Positions 50,184 through 60,333 are shown, numbered from the stretch's first letter. The stretch is DNA of 64,000 nucleotides from Syntrophales bacterium (GCA_963665615.2 CAXXQE010000006.1:62001-126000), one strand, 5' to 3'. Notes: generated by a model from the sequence alone, not told the origin. Translations and numbers: made by a program.

Positions 50184-51710
50184 TCAGATTGCCCGAAATA
50201 GATTCTTTCCTTCATCGCTTGTCCTGACGAATCCTCTAACACCGAGAAACTCCTCGTTCTCCATTCGGAAAGCCAATTCATAGTCCTTTCCAGATGTCGC
50301 CAGACACCTCTCCCCCGAATCGAGCTTGCCGGCAATGACCGCAGTCGGACCTTGTTTGTCAACATCATGCAAGACGGTATACGTTTCTATCGTAAGCGGA
50401 CCATTCGGTTTTTCGCAAAACGCATGGGTGGGCATCGCATCGATCGCATCCTGAATCGGCTTCATGGATGTTCTGTCCCACACTTTTTTCGGCTCCATGC
50501 CGCTATAGATGCCAACAGCGTGTTTCGTGAGATACCAGCCCAGTGCGGTCACAAGCCCATACTGCTCTCGATTTTTTCTCAGCCGCATGACGGCATGGGC
50601 GATGGAGTGCATGGCATAATTGCTTCCCGGCCCCCCGAAATACGGCAGACCGCCCGTAATGCTCAGTGGTGGAAGATGATCAAGGTCCAGCCCGATTTCA
50701 AGCGCCGCGATCGTGACAGCGCATGGAAAACAGCTATAGAGATCGTAAAAACTGATATCGGGTAAAGTCAATCCGGCATAATGCAGAGATTCTTCAACAT
50801 TCATCCGGATCGCAGGCGACGAGTAGAAATTCATCCTCTCCGACAAGAACCATTTATCATGGGATTCAGCGCCGCCATGGATGTAGACCCATTTGTCCAA
50901 AGGAACGGAAAGCTTCCGCGCGGTTTCAGTATCGGTGACAAGAAGTGCGGCAGCCTGATTGACGGCCGGATTGGGATTCATGTATTTGGTATAGGGAAAA
51001 TTGAATATAGGATTTTTCTCGGTTGGAACCGTAACATCTCCGTCTGTTTTTTTCCCCTGATTGAACCAGGCCAACGGATTGCCTTCAGCTGCCTTCGCCA
51101 ATGCTTTGAAATAATCGGACATGAACCTGCGATGTTCAGAAAGACTCATACCGAGTCGATCTCTCAGGGCGTTTTCAAAAAGAGGATAGGCATTGCGGGC
51201 ATGGTCCAACTCATAGAGATTTTCATGGGGGGTTGATCCAAGTCGCGCGTCCCCGACGACAGAAGGCTTGAATTGGAGATCGTGCAATACGTCGTCCCAG
51301 AACCCGTTTGCATAGATTTCTCTCAGGTTCTTGTCTCGATAGATGGCTTCTCCACCCACCAGCAAAGCCATTTTAATTTCACCAGACGCCAGTTTATCCG
51401 CCGCACGATTAACAAGCCACTGGGGTGTATTTCCGCCGATGGCAGACAATTCCCGCACCGCCGGGCTGATGCCGAGCATCCTGCAAAGCCGCTCTTCCGG
51501 ATAATTCATCGATTCGGTGGATATATTGACTACCGACAGACTGTCCACATGTTTCAAAATATCCTCGCAGCCTGTATCTTCTACGCACGCATGAATCGCC
51601 TTCGCGGCGAGGTCCAGTGCGGAGAGACTATCTCCTATGATCCTTTCACGGTGTGTAACTTGACCGATACCGATAATGATCGGATGATTTGCTTTTTTGA
51701 GCTGATTCAT
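50184..51710 (-). CDS. Thiolase-like protein (TLP1-type) with extra C-terminal domain
   Basis: PIIIGIGQ, IGGNTPQ (no Cys at the canonical nucleophile position), VNQAAALL, DLYSCFP, ITGGLPYFGGPG.NY, C-terminal IETYTV..GERCLA domain. Confidence 0.8.
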   Translation of the reverse strand: MNQLKKANHPIIIGIGQVTHRERIIGDSLSALDLAAKAIHACVEDTGCEDILKHVDSLSVVNISTESMNYPEERLCRMLGISPAVRELSAIGGNTPQWLVNRAADKLASGEIKMALLVGGEAIYRDKNLREIYANGFWDDVLHDLQFKPSVVGDARLGSTPHENLYELDHARNAYPLFENALRDRLGMSLSEHRRFMSDYFKALAKAAEGNPLAWFNQGKKTDGDVTVPTEKNPIFNFPYTKYMNPNPAVNQAAALLVTDTETARKLSVPLDKWVYIHGGAESHDKWFLSERMNFYSSPAIRMNVEESLHYAGLTLPDISFYDLYSCFPCAVTIAALEIGLDLDHLPPLSITGGLPYFGGPGSNYAMHSIAHAVMRLRKNREQYGLVTALGWYLTKHAVGIYSGMEPKKVWDRTSMKPIQDAIDAMPTHAFCEKPNGPLTIETYTVLHDVDKQGPTAVIAGKLDSGERCLATSGKDYELAFRMENEEFLGVRGFVRTSDEGKNLFRAI

Positions 51711-51799
51711 CAATACAGTTCCTTATAATATGTTGCACGATTGTTCTTCCGTCAAAAGGAGCAATCATTCAAGCATCCAAGCCATCTATTAAGAGATGA

Positions 51800-52897
51800 T
51801 TATTTGCTGTTTTTAACTGCCCTATAAACTAACGGGTCCAGTCTAGTCCTCGCCATCACCTTACCAAAACCTTTTGCCAGTTCGTTGCTCAGCCTGGCAC
51901 ATTCTTCCTCCGTACGTCGAACCATCCTGATCCCACTCACACCGCATCCTGTTGCGCATGCACCGCAACCGATACATTTGTCATCATCTACAATGGCGCT
52001 TGCCTCAAGTTGCATTGCACCCACAGGGCATCGCTCTATGCAAATTCCGCATGAGGTACAGGATACTTGATCAACAACGGCAAAAAAATGATTCTGGATA
52101 AAACTATGCTGTTTACCCATTTTCTGCGCTAATAGATTAATGCACGCATGGCTGCAACAATTGCAAAAGGCAATCCCCGGCATGCCCGAGTGTACCTGGC
52201 CTTTTATTTCACAGGCTTTCAAAATATCCGACACTTCGTCCGTTGTTACACGGCGTGCGTGCCCATTTTCGACAGCCCAGCGTGCTATTTCTCCAAAAAA
52301 CATGCAACTGTCCAAGATACAGTCACAGGGATTGCCGTTCACGGTATGTTTTTCTATATTCCGGCATGCGCATGGGAAAACCGCTATATAGTCGAACTTT
52401 TTTATTTGTTCGGATATATTTTCTTCCGGCGTTGCATTCGGCGGAAGCACGCTAACCGCACACCAGGCCATAAAATGTTTCCCTAATTCCGCTATCGCCT
52501 CATTGACATAGATCGGTTTAAACTTGCCCCAAAGCGCCAGTAATTTCTTTTCGAAAGGATTACCTGCTTTTCCGCAGCTTGCCGTTTCGATCAGGCCCGG
52601 CAATTCGACACCCAGTGGTCGGTAGATCGGATTAACGGACCCTGGCTCCTTATATATCGTGCCTTTTTCCCCCATGCACTCAAGGATTCTTTTGAGGGAG
52701 TCTGGCTCGATACCAGTTTTTGTTGCCAGCTCATCGAATGTCCCGCCCTCAGGTCCAACCTGAACTGCCAGTGAAGCCTCTTCCGAGGTGTAGGAATAAC
52801 AGACGATTTCTCTGAATTCCGGTGTATTAACTCCCGGAAGCGCTCGAAATGTCGTAACCAGCCAGTTTATCAATTTATCGTATACGTCGGGTTCCAT
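51800..52897 (-). CDS. Cys-rich 2x[4Fe-4S] protein, paralog 4
   Basis: CACR..C.C..C, FCNCCSHAC, CTSCGICIERCP, CIGCGACATGC. Confidence 0.85.
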   Translation of the reverse strand: MEPDVYDKLINWLVTTFRALPGVNTPEFREIVCYSYTSEEASLAVQVGPEGGTFDELATKTGIEPDSLKRILECMGEKGTIYKEPGSVNPIYRPLGVELPGLIETASCGKAGNPFEKKLLALWGKFKPIYVNEAIAELGKHFMAWCAVSVLPPNATPEENISEQIKKFDYIAVFPCACRNIEKHTVNGNPCDCILDSCMFFGEIARWAVENGHARRVTTDEVSDILKACEIKGQVHSGMPGIAFCNCCSHACINLLAQKMGKQHSFIQNHFFAVVDQVSCTSCGICIERCPVGAMQLEASAIVDDDKCIGCGACATGCGVSGIRMVRRTEEECARLSNELAKGFGKVMARTRLDPLVYRAVKNSK

Positions 52898-52983
52898 CTT
52901 CTCATTCTATATTTTTGCCAAGCTCTAACGGATTATGACAGGGTGCATCGGCTCATGCCTTATTGGATGTCAGAATTCGATCA

Positions 52984-54072
52984 CTATTCACCATTATTAT
53001 TCCGATTGATAAGCTCCTGAAAGGTCTTTGGCGTATGGGGAATCTGATCGTCGCATCTTTTGATCAATCTGAGGGCTTCCACGGCGCAGCAGGTCACACA
53101 TTGCCCGCATCCGATACAGCGTTGCTGATTCAAATAAGATTTTCCGTCCACTATTTGCAGAGCATGAACAGGACATTTATCAATGCACAACCCACATCCG
53201 GTGCATTGTTCGCTGTCGACTAACGCCGTGTACGATGAAGACTCGATATTTTTTACTCTTCCATCCTGGAATTTATTGCTCAGCCCCAGATTGATACAGC
53301 AGCAGCTGCAACAATTGCAAAGCCAGGATGGATCATTATCCATATAGTTGGTTGTCTGATGAATGAGGCCGGCATCTGCTGCTGTTTTCAGGATAGCAAG
53401 GGCCTCCTCGATATCAATTTTTCTGCCTGCCTTGCTTTCTACATCCAGATAGTATTGCGCATGATCTCCAAAAGCCATGCACACTTCCAGGGGGGCACTG
53501 CATCGATCCTCTTTGCCGATCCTGCACATGCAGGAGAATACCAGAATAGGCTGCGGAGCCCTCTTTATCAGTTCAGCGGCATCTTCATAAGGGAGCGGAG
53601 GAGAGTCGACTGGAATTGCCTGACCGACGGGTATTGTTCTGGCTAGACCTACTATTGAACGATTAAAAGATGCTTCCCCATTTATTTGCAGTGCTTGAAT
53701 AACAAGGCCAGCCAGCTTCTTATCTCTGCCCCTGACCCAAAGAAGGTTCTCTGCCATACCCGGGAAAAATGCCAGGGCTGCATAGCTTTTTCCACTTTCA
53801 TCAATATGCCTTCTGATCAAGCCTTGTAAATAGAGGCTATCCAGCACTATTTCAGCTTTACCTTGAGAAGTACCGGCTTTTTCTGAAATACTCTCGGTGG
53901 TTGCCAATTCAATACCCAAGTGAAGCGCCATGCGGGCTTCTTCCGGTTTAAAAAGATATTTCAGGAGTTCAATTGCTTCTGACTTTTCTGTTTCCCGAAA
54001 GCCACTTGGACTGACCGCGTTCAGCCATTGCCGCAGTGATTTATATATTGCATCTATATCTGCCGAATCCAT
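52984..54072 (-). CDS. Cys-rich 2x[4Fe-4S] protein, paralog 5 (closest to paralog 1)
   Basis: CMCR..C..C, WLCNCCSCCC, CTGCGLCIDKCP, CIGCGQCVTCC. Shares YAALAF.PGMAENL.W.RG.DKKL and PLEVCMAFGDHAQ with 42709..43794. Confidence 0.85.
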   Translation of the reverse strand: MDSADIDAIYKSLRQWLNAVSPSGFRETEKSEAIELLKYLFKPEEARMALHLGIELATTESISEKAGTSQGKAEIVLDSLYLQGLIRRHIDESGKSYAALAFFPGMAENLLWVRGRDKKLAGLVIQALQINGEASFNRSIVGLARTIPVGQAIPVDSPPLPYEDAAELIKRAPQPILVFSCMCRIGKEDRCSAPLEVCMAFGDHAQYYLDVESKAGRKIDIEEALAILKTAADAGLIHQTTNYMDNDPSWLCNCCSCCCINLGLSNKFQDGRVKNIESSSYTALVDSEQCTGCGLCIDKCPVHALQIVDGKSYLNQQRCIGCGQCVTCCAVEALRLIKRCDDQIPHTPKTFQELINRNNNGE

Positions 54073-54084
54073 TCCAATCTCTTC

Positions 54085-55134
54085 CTATTTATACCCCAGA
54101 AACGGGTTATCCTTATTAAGCAGCATCAGTTCATGCAGTAATTCTCCGCTTACCCGGTCTTCTTTGCCATCTATTTCAATTTCCATATTATAGTCCGCCA
54201 GAAAACGGAGGTAATACTGCTTCCAGGCGGCAGATGTTTGAATTTCCATTGACTCGATCAGGCATGTCGAGTTCATTTGGAGTTTTAATTTAACGCCTTT
54301 TACATCTGCAGTCATAATTATTTTCCTGGCATAATCCTGTCCTGTATTGTCATCATGCGAAAAATCGGAGAACTCCGCGTGCATGATATCAGTTGAAAGG
54401 ATAATGTCGCTGCCTCTGGCAATAAAGAGATAGGAAAGTATGGGAGCATCAGAATCCACAGGCATACACCATGAGAAATCTATCGTGTAATCTTTCCCAT
54501 GGATTCTCCCCCAGTCCCAACCTGAAAAGATATCGGCCATGGAGCCTGTACCCCAATTATGATCATGGTAAGCGGCGCCCTTGACCTGCATGACCTCGCT
54601 GCCTAGAATCATTTCCGCAGATACTTCACCATAGGGAATCGGAATAACCCATCCGTGTAAAAGTCCCGTTTCCTCGTTTTTATACAGGTAGCCAGATCCG
54701 AATTTGAACCCGGGCACAATGCCTTTAAGTTTCAGATTCATTTCCACATTGCCGATTTTGATATGGCACTCATAACCATTTCCGATGTCTTTGAGCCAAT
54801 CATTTCCCATGCGAACATCACAATAGTCTGCGCCTGCATAGCATTGATCAGACTTGTATTCTTTAAATTTGGTTATCTTCGAACCATCCGGCTTGTAAAT
54901 CATGATCTGGGAAGTGGGTATTTTGGGATGTATAAATTCATTTCGAAAATGAAACGTGACGATTGCATGATAGCCGTTATCAAAAGAGCAATCTACATAC
55001 CACCATTCATAATAAAGGTCGTTGTGGTAAAAGTGATTGCCGTCATCCCTACGGTCATAATTCATTAGGTTACGATCAGCGCCTCTTTCACCATTCCATC
55101 TGGCGAGATAATTTTTCTTTTCCTTCTCGTTCAT
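54085..55134 (-). CDS. CrtC/AttH-like lipocalin-fold protein (carotenoid 1,2-hydratase / kievitone hydratase-like)
   Basis: YYEWWYVD, GWVIPIPYG.V, G.AYHDHNWG, GWDWGR motifs typical of this superfamily. Confidence 0.72.
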   Translation of the reverse strand: MNEKEKKNYLARWNGERGADRNLMNYDRRDDGNHFYHNDLYYEWWYVDCSFDNGYHAIVTFHFRNEFIHPKIPTSQIMIYKPDGSKITKFKEYKSDQCYAGADYCDVRMGNDWLKDIGNGYECHIKIGNVEMNLKLKGIVPGFKFGSGYLYKNEETGLLHGWVIPIPYGEVSAEMILGSEVMQVKGAAYHDHNWGTGSMADIFSGWDWGRIHGKDYTIDFSWCMPVDSDAPILSYLFIARGSDIILSTDIMHAEFSDFSHDDNTGQDYARKIIMTADVKGVKLKLQMNSTCLIESMEIQTSAAWKQYYLRFLADYNMEIEIDGKEDRVSGELLHELMLLNKDNPFLGYK

Positions 55135-55246
55135 GATATTCCTTCCATCACTCAATTATAGTGCTTCTACTTTATAGCTTCACACCACGTTTGACTGACC
55201 CGCTCACGTCCATAGATACAAATTGCATTACGGTTAATTATAGCAA

Positions 55247-56494
55247 CTATGCCGACCGCGGTATTTTAGGCTTGAATCCTGGGATACTGTCTGGAACCTT
55301 CGCTCTGCCACCCATCACAGGGACATACGATCCTGCCTTCTCAGCCAATTCCATTTTGATCGCACCATCGACCTTGCAGCCGACCACGCATTGCCCGCAT
55401 CCCACACACTTGTCCGGATCGACATACGCCTTCACTTTTCCCGTGGAGGGATCCTTCAGGCCTACGATAACTTTAAATGCGCACCGGGAAAAGCAGTCCT
55501 GGGTACAACCTTCACACACATCGTTATTAACCACGGCACGGTAGGGTGAGGGGTGAACACCTTCCCAAGGATCGGCACTGTATGTTCTCAAAGGAACCAG
55601 CCAGTTGCAGCAATCTCGGCAACAATTACAAACAACCGTCCAGGAATCGCCGTTGTGGATAATCATGTCATCCTGTTCGCTGCGGATCATTACCTCCAGC
55701 CATTCCTCCCCTGAGTATTTGTGGAGATGCCCCCGCCTGTCGACACTGATTTCGGCATTGATGTCCCGGCCTGGCATGCCATCGAACAATGCCCCGCAAA
55801 CCCAAAGCGGCGCATCACATCCCTTGGCCCTGACACGACAGGTACAGACACGACTGTAAACGCCCTTTTCGCCTTTCTTTGCAAATTCCCGCAAATCAAC
55901 ATCGGGGAGGATCTCCGTACCAAGAGGTTCACTCTTCATTAAAGATACAACGGAGGGCAAAATTCCGAAGGAACGGGCCAGGCCTCCCGGCCCGCCCCAC
56001 ATTTCCAGGTTCCGATGGACCAGCTCATTGGTTCGCTGCCACCTGTACCACTCTTCATAAAAGAATTTGTTCCACAGGTCGCAAATTTCCAAGCTCGTCT
56101 TGTCCTGCCGCGTCCATAAATCCTGAGCCGTTATTTTCCCGGACCGCGGCGCAAACTTGGCGCCTATAGCCCACATCATGTTATCGCTGGCGGATTCGAT
56201 ACAATATGCGGGGAGGTGCTGTATGTAAGCAGCTGTTCCATCCGGATTCACCATCTCCTGCACCAGGCCAGCATCAAACATTCTTTCAAGCTGATTTTTC
56301 ACGGATTTCGGATCACGGTTCAGCTTGGCAGCAATTGCTTCCGCTGTACCTGGCAAAGCCAGTATCAGCTCTGCCTCTTCCAGACTCATAGTGAGCTCCA
56401 ATATTTTTCGCAACGTTACAGAGCTTGGATAATCAAGCTTGCGCATGATGGCGTCATATGCATCACGCACGGGAAGGGGTGATAACCAACTCAT
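55247..56494 (-). CDS. Cys-rich 2x[4Fe-4S] protein, paralog 6 (most divergent)
   Basis: CTCR..C..C, VCNCCRDCC, CEGCTQDCFSRC, CVGCGQCVVGC. Confidence 0.82.
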   Translation of the reverse strand: MSWLSPLPVRDAYDAIMRKLDYPSSVTLRKILELTMSLEEAELILALPGTAEAIAAKLNRDPKSVKNQLERMFDAGLVQEMVNPDGTAAYIQHLPAYCIESASDNMMWAIGAKFAPRSGKITAQDLWTRQDKTSLEICDLWNKFFYEEWYRWQRTNELVHRNLEMWGGPGGLARSFGILPSVVSLMKSEPLGTEILPDVDLREFAKKGEKGVYSRVCTCRVRAKGCDAPLWVCGALFDGMPGRDINAEISVDRRGHLHKYSGEEWLEVMIRSEQDDMIIHNGDSWTVVCNCCRDCCNWLVPLRTYSADPWEGVHPSPYRAVVNNDVCEGCTQDCFSRCAFKVIVGLKDPSTGKVKAYVDPDKCVGCGQCVVGCKVDGAIKMELAEKAGSYVPVMGGRAKVPDSIPGFKPKIPRSA

Positions 56495-56663
56495 TTATTT
56501 TCTCCTTTTTTTGATGGAACTCCTTTTCGAAAATCCATCAATCCTGTTTTTTATCATAATGATGGCACTATCTTCTTTTGAGGGATGAAACCTTGTTTCT
56601 GTAAGCAAAAAAATAACGCCATTTACTTTAGCTTTTTTTAACTTTTTCAGAACTACGCTGCTT

Positions 56664-59063
56664 TCACCTCTTTTTTTCGATCCATTTCGTTTGCATAATA
56701 AAACTTGAAAGTGCCGGAATCAGCACGAGCGCTCCCACCATATTCCAAAGGAACATGAAGGCCAGCAATATCCCCATGTCCGCCTGGAACTTGATCGGTG
56801 AGAAACCCCAGGTGAAAACACCAGCAGAAAGCGTAATGCCGACCAGGGCTACGACTTTCCCGGTAAACCTGAGGGCCCTCAGATACGCCTCCGATAGTGG
56901 TACACCGTCTCGTTGATGCTTGATAACAACACTCACAAGATACAATGCATAGTCAACGCCAATACCGACGCCGAGGGCGGTAACCGGCAGCGTAGCGACC
57001 TTTACCCCGATGCCCAACGCAACCATAAGCGCCTCACAGAGAATCGAGGTAATTCCCAAGGGGATCAAGGCTACCAGAACGGCCCGCCAGTTGCGGAAGG
57101 TAATGAAGCACAAGGTGATAATCGCCAGGTAAACATAGAGCATCATCGTGCGGTTTGCTTTTTCAACCGCAATGTTGGTTGCAGCTTCCACACCTGCACT
57201 GCCCGCTGCCAACAGGAACTTACGATCTGGAGTATCATGCTCTTTGGCAAACTTTTCACAAGTGTCTATGACTTGCTGAAGCGTGATTGCTTTGTGGTCT
57301 TTGAGGTAGGCGATCAGAGGCAGAACCGACATGTCTACATTTGCCATGTCGGGATTGTTCTTCGTGACCCAGGTTGTACCGAAGTTCAAAGTCCGCTGGT
57401 TCCTGGCAAGGGTATACCACTTCGGACTGCCTTCACAGGTGCCCATGGTCATACCCCTGATGAAGTCAACAGCCGATACCGTTGTCTGGACGCCTGGCAA
57501 CTGCCTGAGGGTCCAGGATAGACGCGCCATGTCGATGAGTGCCTCATATTGCAAACCGCCATTAGGGGGCGTCTTCATCATCACGGCAAAGACATCACTC
57601 GAAAGCCCATAATGCTGCATGATATAGGCATTATCGAGGTTATAACGCGAATTAGGACGCAATTCGGGCGCTCCAGGATCAAGGTCGCCGATTTTCACGT
57701 GAAGGCTGACTATAAAGCCTACAATCGTCAGCACCGATGCACACGCTACCACGATCTTTGCATTTCGCCGTTCGGTAATCTTGGACAGGTTTGCAGCGAT
57801 TTTTGCCACCGTACTATTGGGATCGGACTCCTCCAGCAGAGAACGCTCTGCCGCCTTTTTGCTCACGCCTATAAAAGACAGCATGACCGGCAGGAGCAGC
57901 AGGTTGGTGAAGATAAGGATGGCCACACCGATGCTCGCCGTCAGGGCCAGATCCTTGATGACCGGGATGTCGATGATCATAAGGACGGCAAATCCGGTTG
58001 TCCCTGCGAGGAGCGCTGTCAGACCGGGAACAAAAAGCCGCCGGAAAGTATAGCGCGCCGCCACCAGCTGATGCGTGCCGCGCCCGACATCCTGCATGAT
58101 GCCGTTCATCTTCTGTGAACCATGAGAAACGCCGATCGCAAAGACAAGGAAGGGTACCAAAATTGAGTAAGGATCGAGATCGAAGCCCAGGAGAACCAGC
58201 GTACCCAGCAGCCAGGTGACTGCGATCATCGAACAGAGCATCAGGGTTATGGTGCTGCGTATGCAGCGCGTGTACAGGAAGACGATAATGGCAGCAATCA
58301 GGATGGCCAGACCAAAAAACATCATGACCTTCATAAGACCGTCTATCAAATCCCCAACCAGCTTCGCGAACCCGATGATGTGCACCCGGTACTGATCGGT
58401 CTGAAAGGCTCGCGTCTTCTCCAGCACCTTTGAAAATGCATTGTAATCAAGCGGCTTCCCACTCTCATCATAATCCAGCAGAGGGACCACCACCATAGAG
58501 GACATCATATCGAGTCCCACCAAACTGCCGATGATGTTCGCATTCATAATATTTTCATTCAGCTGTGCCATGCTCTCGGCAGATCCATTGTAGCTGGAAG
58601 GCATGACTTGACCGCCCTCGAATCCCTGCTCGGTTACTTTTGACCAGAGTGTCCCCGGCGACCACAGGGATTTAATCCACGCTCGATCCGCACCGGATGT
58701 CAGGCTCATTTGATCATTTATTTTCCTGAGAACCTCCAGATAGCCTGCATCGTAGATGGTGCCCTTCTTGTTCTCCACAACAATGCGCACCACATTGCCG
58801 AGTCCCGCCAGCTCTTTCTTAAGGCTCAGGTAATTCTTGATATAGGGATTATTATGGGGGATCATCTTTTCATAGCTTGCCGCGAGTTTGATATGGGAAG
58901 CCTGGTAGGCAAGCAGTATCGTCATCAATCCGCAGATAATAATAAATAAGATCCGATGATTGAAGACCAGCCGTTCCAAGATGTTTCCGGTATTTTTATC
59001 AAAATTTTTTATGTCCGGGACAACAGGCATGTCCTCTATTTGTTCTGTTCCTTTGCTCACCAT
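56664..59063 (-). CDS. RND superfamily (MMPL-type) transporter
   Basis: Two repeats of periplasmic domain plus TM bundle, LVPFLVFAIGVSHG.Q, GIGVDYALY, SPIKFQADMG. Confidence 0.9.
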   Translation of the reverse strand: MVSKGTEQIEDMPVVPDIKNFDKNTGNILERLVFNHRILFIIICGLMTILLAYQASHIKLAASYEKMIPHNNPYIKNYLSLKKELAGLGNVVRIVVENKKGTIYDAGYLEVLRKINDQMSLTSGADRAWIKSLWSPGTLWSKVTEQGFEGGQVMPSSYNGSAESMAQLNENIMNANIIGSLVGLDMMSSMVVVPLLDYDESGKPLDYNAFSKVLEKTRAFQTDQYRVHIIGFAKLVGDLIDGLMKVMMFFGLAILIAAIIVFLYTRCIRSTITLMLCSMIAVTWLLGTLVLLGFDLDPYSILVPFLVFAIGVSHGSQKMNGIMQDVGRGTHQLVAARYTFRRLFVPGLTALLAGTTGFAVLMIIDIPVIKDLALTASIGVAILIFTNLLLLPVMLSFIGVSKKAAERSLLEESDPNSTVAKIAANLSKITERRNAKIVVACASVLTIVGFIVSLHVKIGDLDPGAPELRPNSRYNLDNAYIMQHYGLSSDVFAVMMKTPPNGGLQYEALIDMARLSWTLRQLPGVQTTVSAVDFIRGMTMGTCEGSPKWYTLARNQRTLNFGTTWVTKNNPDMANVDMSVLPLIAYLKDHKAITLQQVIDTCEKFAKEHDTPDRKFLLAAGSAGVEAATNIAVEKANRTMMLYVYLAIITLCFITFRNWRAVLVALIPLGITSILCEALMVALGIGVKVATLPVTALGVGIGVDYALYLVSVVIKHQRDGVPLSEAYLRALRFTGKVVALVGITLSAGVFTWGFSPIKFQADMGILLAFMFLWNMVGALVLIPALSSFIMQTKWIEKKR

Positions 59064-59118
59064 TTTTCCCTCTCTGATGGTCTACTCTTAATTTTTGATA
59101 CCCGCGCCGACGCGCCTA

Positions 59119-60333
59119 TTAAAGCCCCTGCACCTGAACGCCAAGGTGGCCTGCTATGAGAGCCGTTTTGGCGTCAGCAACAACAACTGCGTAAGCTGGA
59201 AGATGCAAGCTTGCCTCCCTTTTTAATATAGTGAAGCTTTTAGTATGATCTTTGCTCAGCAAAACATTGCCCCCTTGACTTACTAGAACAATCGTGCCTT
59301 CACTGGTGACAACGCCGCCCATTAAGGCACTGGTATCCGCTATCTCAACCTTTCGCCAACTGGCGCCCGAATTGTCCGTGAAATAGACATTGCCGCGCAT
59401 ACCGAGCAGGAGCAAGGCGCCTCCCCCAGGCTTGCCGACAATATTAAAGTAGGTGCCTGTATAGGGCGTCTTAATCGATTTAAAATACTTTGCCTGGCGA
59501 TCGAGCTTCAAAAAAGTTCCGCCCTCACCGCAGATATAGAGATCATTGCCGACGGCTTTGATCGCGTAAAGATGCATATTGGTCGGGTTATCCGTTCGAT
59601 CAAACCATGGTTCCCAGCTCTTTCCGCCGTCTTCGGTACGAAATATCAAGTTGAATGCCCCCACAACAAAGCCGGTCTTTTCATTTTCGAAGTAGACATC
59701 GAGAAAGGGATTAACCGGCCCCTGATCGATCATGAATTTGATATCATCCCGAAGCTTGTCTTCGGCAGCCTTGCCGAGCTTGCCGTAAAGGGTATGATCT
59801 TTATAATATTTGTTCATGGCCCGACAAGCGCCATATCCATCAAAATTCTTCGTCCAGCTCGTGCCGCCATCAGTCGTAAGAAGAATCACGCCATCATGAC
59901 CTACGGCCCAACCCTTCTTCGGGGTAGGAAAATAGACAGCCGTTAAATCAACGCTGACTGGAACTTTGGCCTGTGTCCAGCTCTTGCCTTTGTCGTCCGA
60001 ATAGATAATATGACCTTGCCAGCCCACGGCAACCACACGATTGCCTGCCATGGTAATACCATTCAGCAGGGTTTTATCGGCAAGCGAACTCATCATGGCC
60101 GGTGTGTCCAGCAAATCGCGGAACCCAGATTTTGGAGAGGCAATGGTGTCCTTTTTGAGGAAATCCTTGTCGTAATTATAAACTTGTGTCTTCATTGCCT
60201 CACTTCCACCCCATATGGATTCATCGGTGGCCTGTGCGTAAAGATTGCCTTGAGAACCGCCGATTGGAAGTAAGACGGAAAACCCGACACAAATCATGAT
60301 TGCCATTAATCCTATAATGAATCGGCGCCTCAT
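59119..60333 (-). CDS. YCF48-like BNR/Asp-box beta-propeller protein
   Basis: Repeated SxDxGxSW boxes (SDDKGKSW, TTDGGTSW, TEDGGKSW, TDNSGASW), GWAVGHDG. Confidence 0.88.
   Translation of the reverse strand: MRRRFIIGLMAIMICVGFSVLLPIGGSQGNLYAQATDESIWGGSEAMKTQVYNYDKDFLKKDTIASPKSGFRDLLDTPAMMSSLADKTLLNGITMAGNRVVAVGWQGHIIYSDDKGKSWTQAKVPVSVDLTAVYFPTPKKGWAVGHDGVILLTTDGGTSWTKNFDGYGACRAMNKYYKDHTLYGKLGKAAEDKLRDDIKFMIDQGPVNPFLDVYFENEKTGFVVGAFNLIFRTEDGGKSWEPWFDRTDNPTNMHLYAIKAVGNDLYICGEGGTFLKLDRQAKYFKSIKTPYTGTYFNIVGKPGGGALLLLGMRGNVYFTDNSGASWRKVEIADTSALMGGVVTSEGTIVLVSQGGNVLLSKDHTKSFTILKREASLHLPAYAVVVADAKTALIAGHLGVQVQGL

Noticed and set aside
40605..55134. Carotenoid biosynthesis cluster (crtI-like plus crtC-like genes)
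   Set aside because: No phytoene synthase or prenyl diphosphate synthase in the window. The neighbours are CoA-dependent catabolic enzymes and an uptake module.
42709..56494. Selenocysteine read-through in the Cys-rich Fe-S genes
   Set aside because: All six ORFs already contain both ferredoxin motifs before their stops, and no Cys position is replaced by an in-frame TGA.
56605..56621. Sigma-54 promoter upstream of Fe-S paralog 6 (TGGCGTTATTTTTTTGC, minus strand)
   Set aside because: GG-to-GC spacing is 2 nt longer than the strict -24/-12 requirement.
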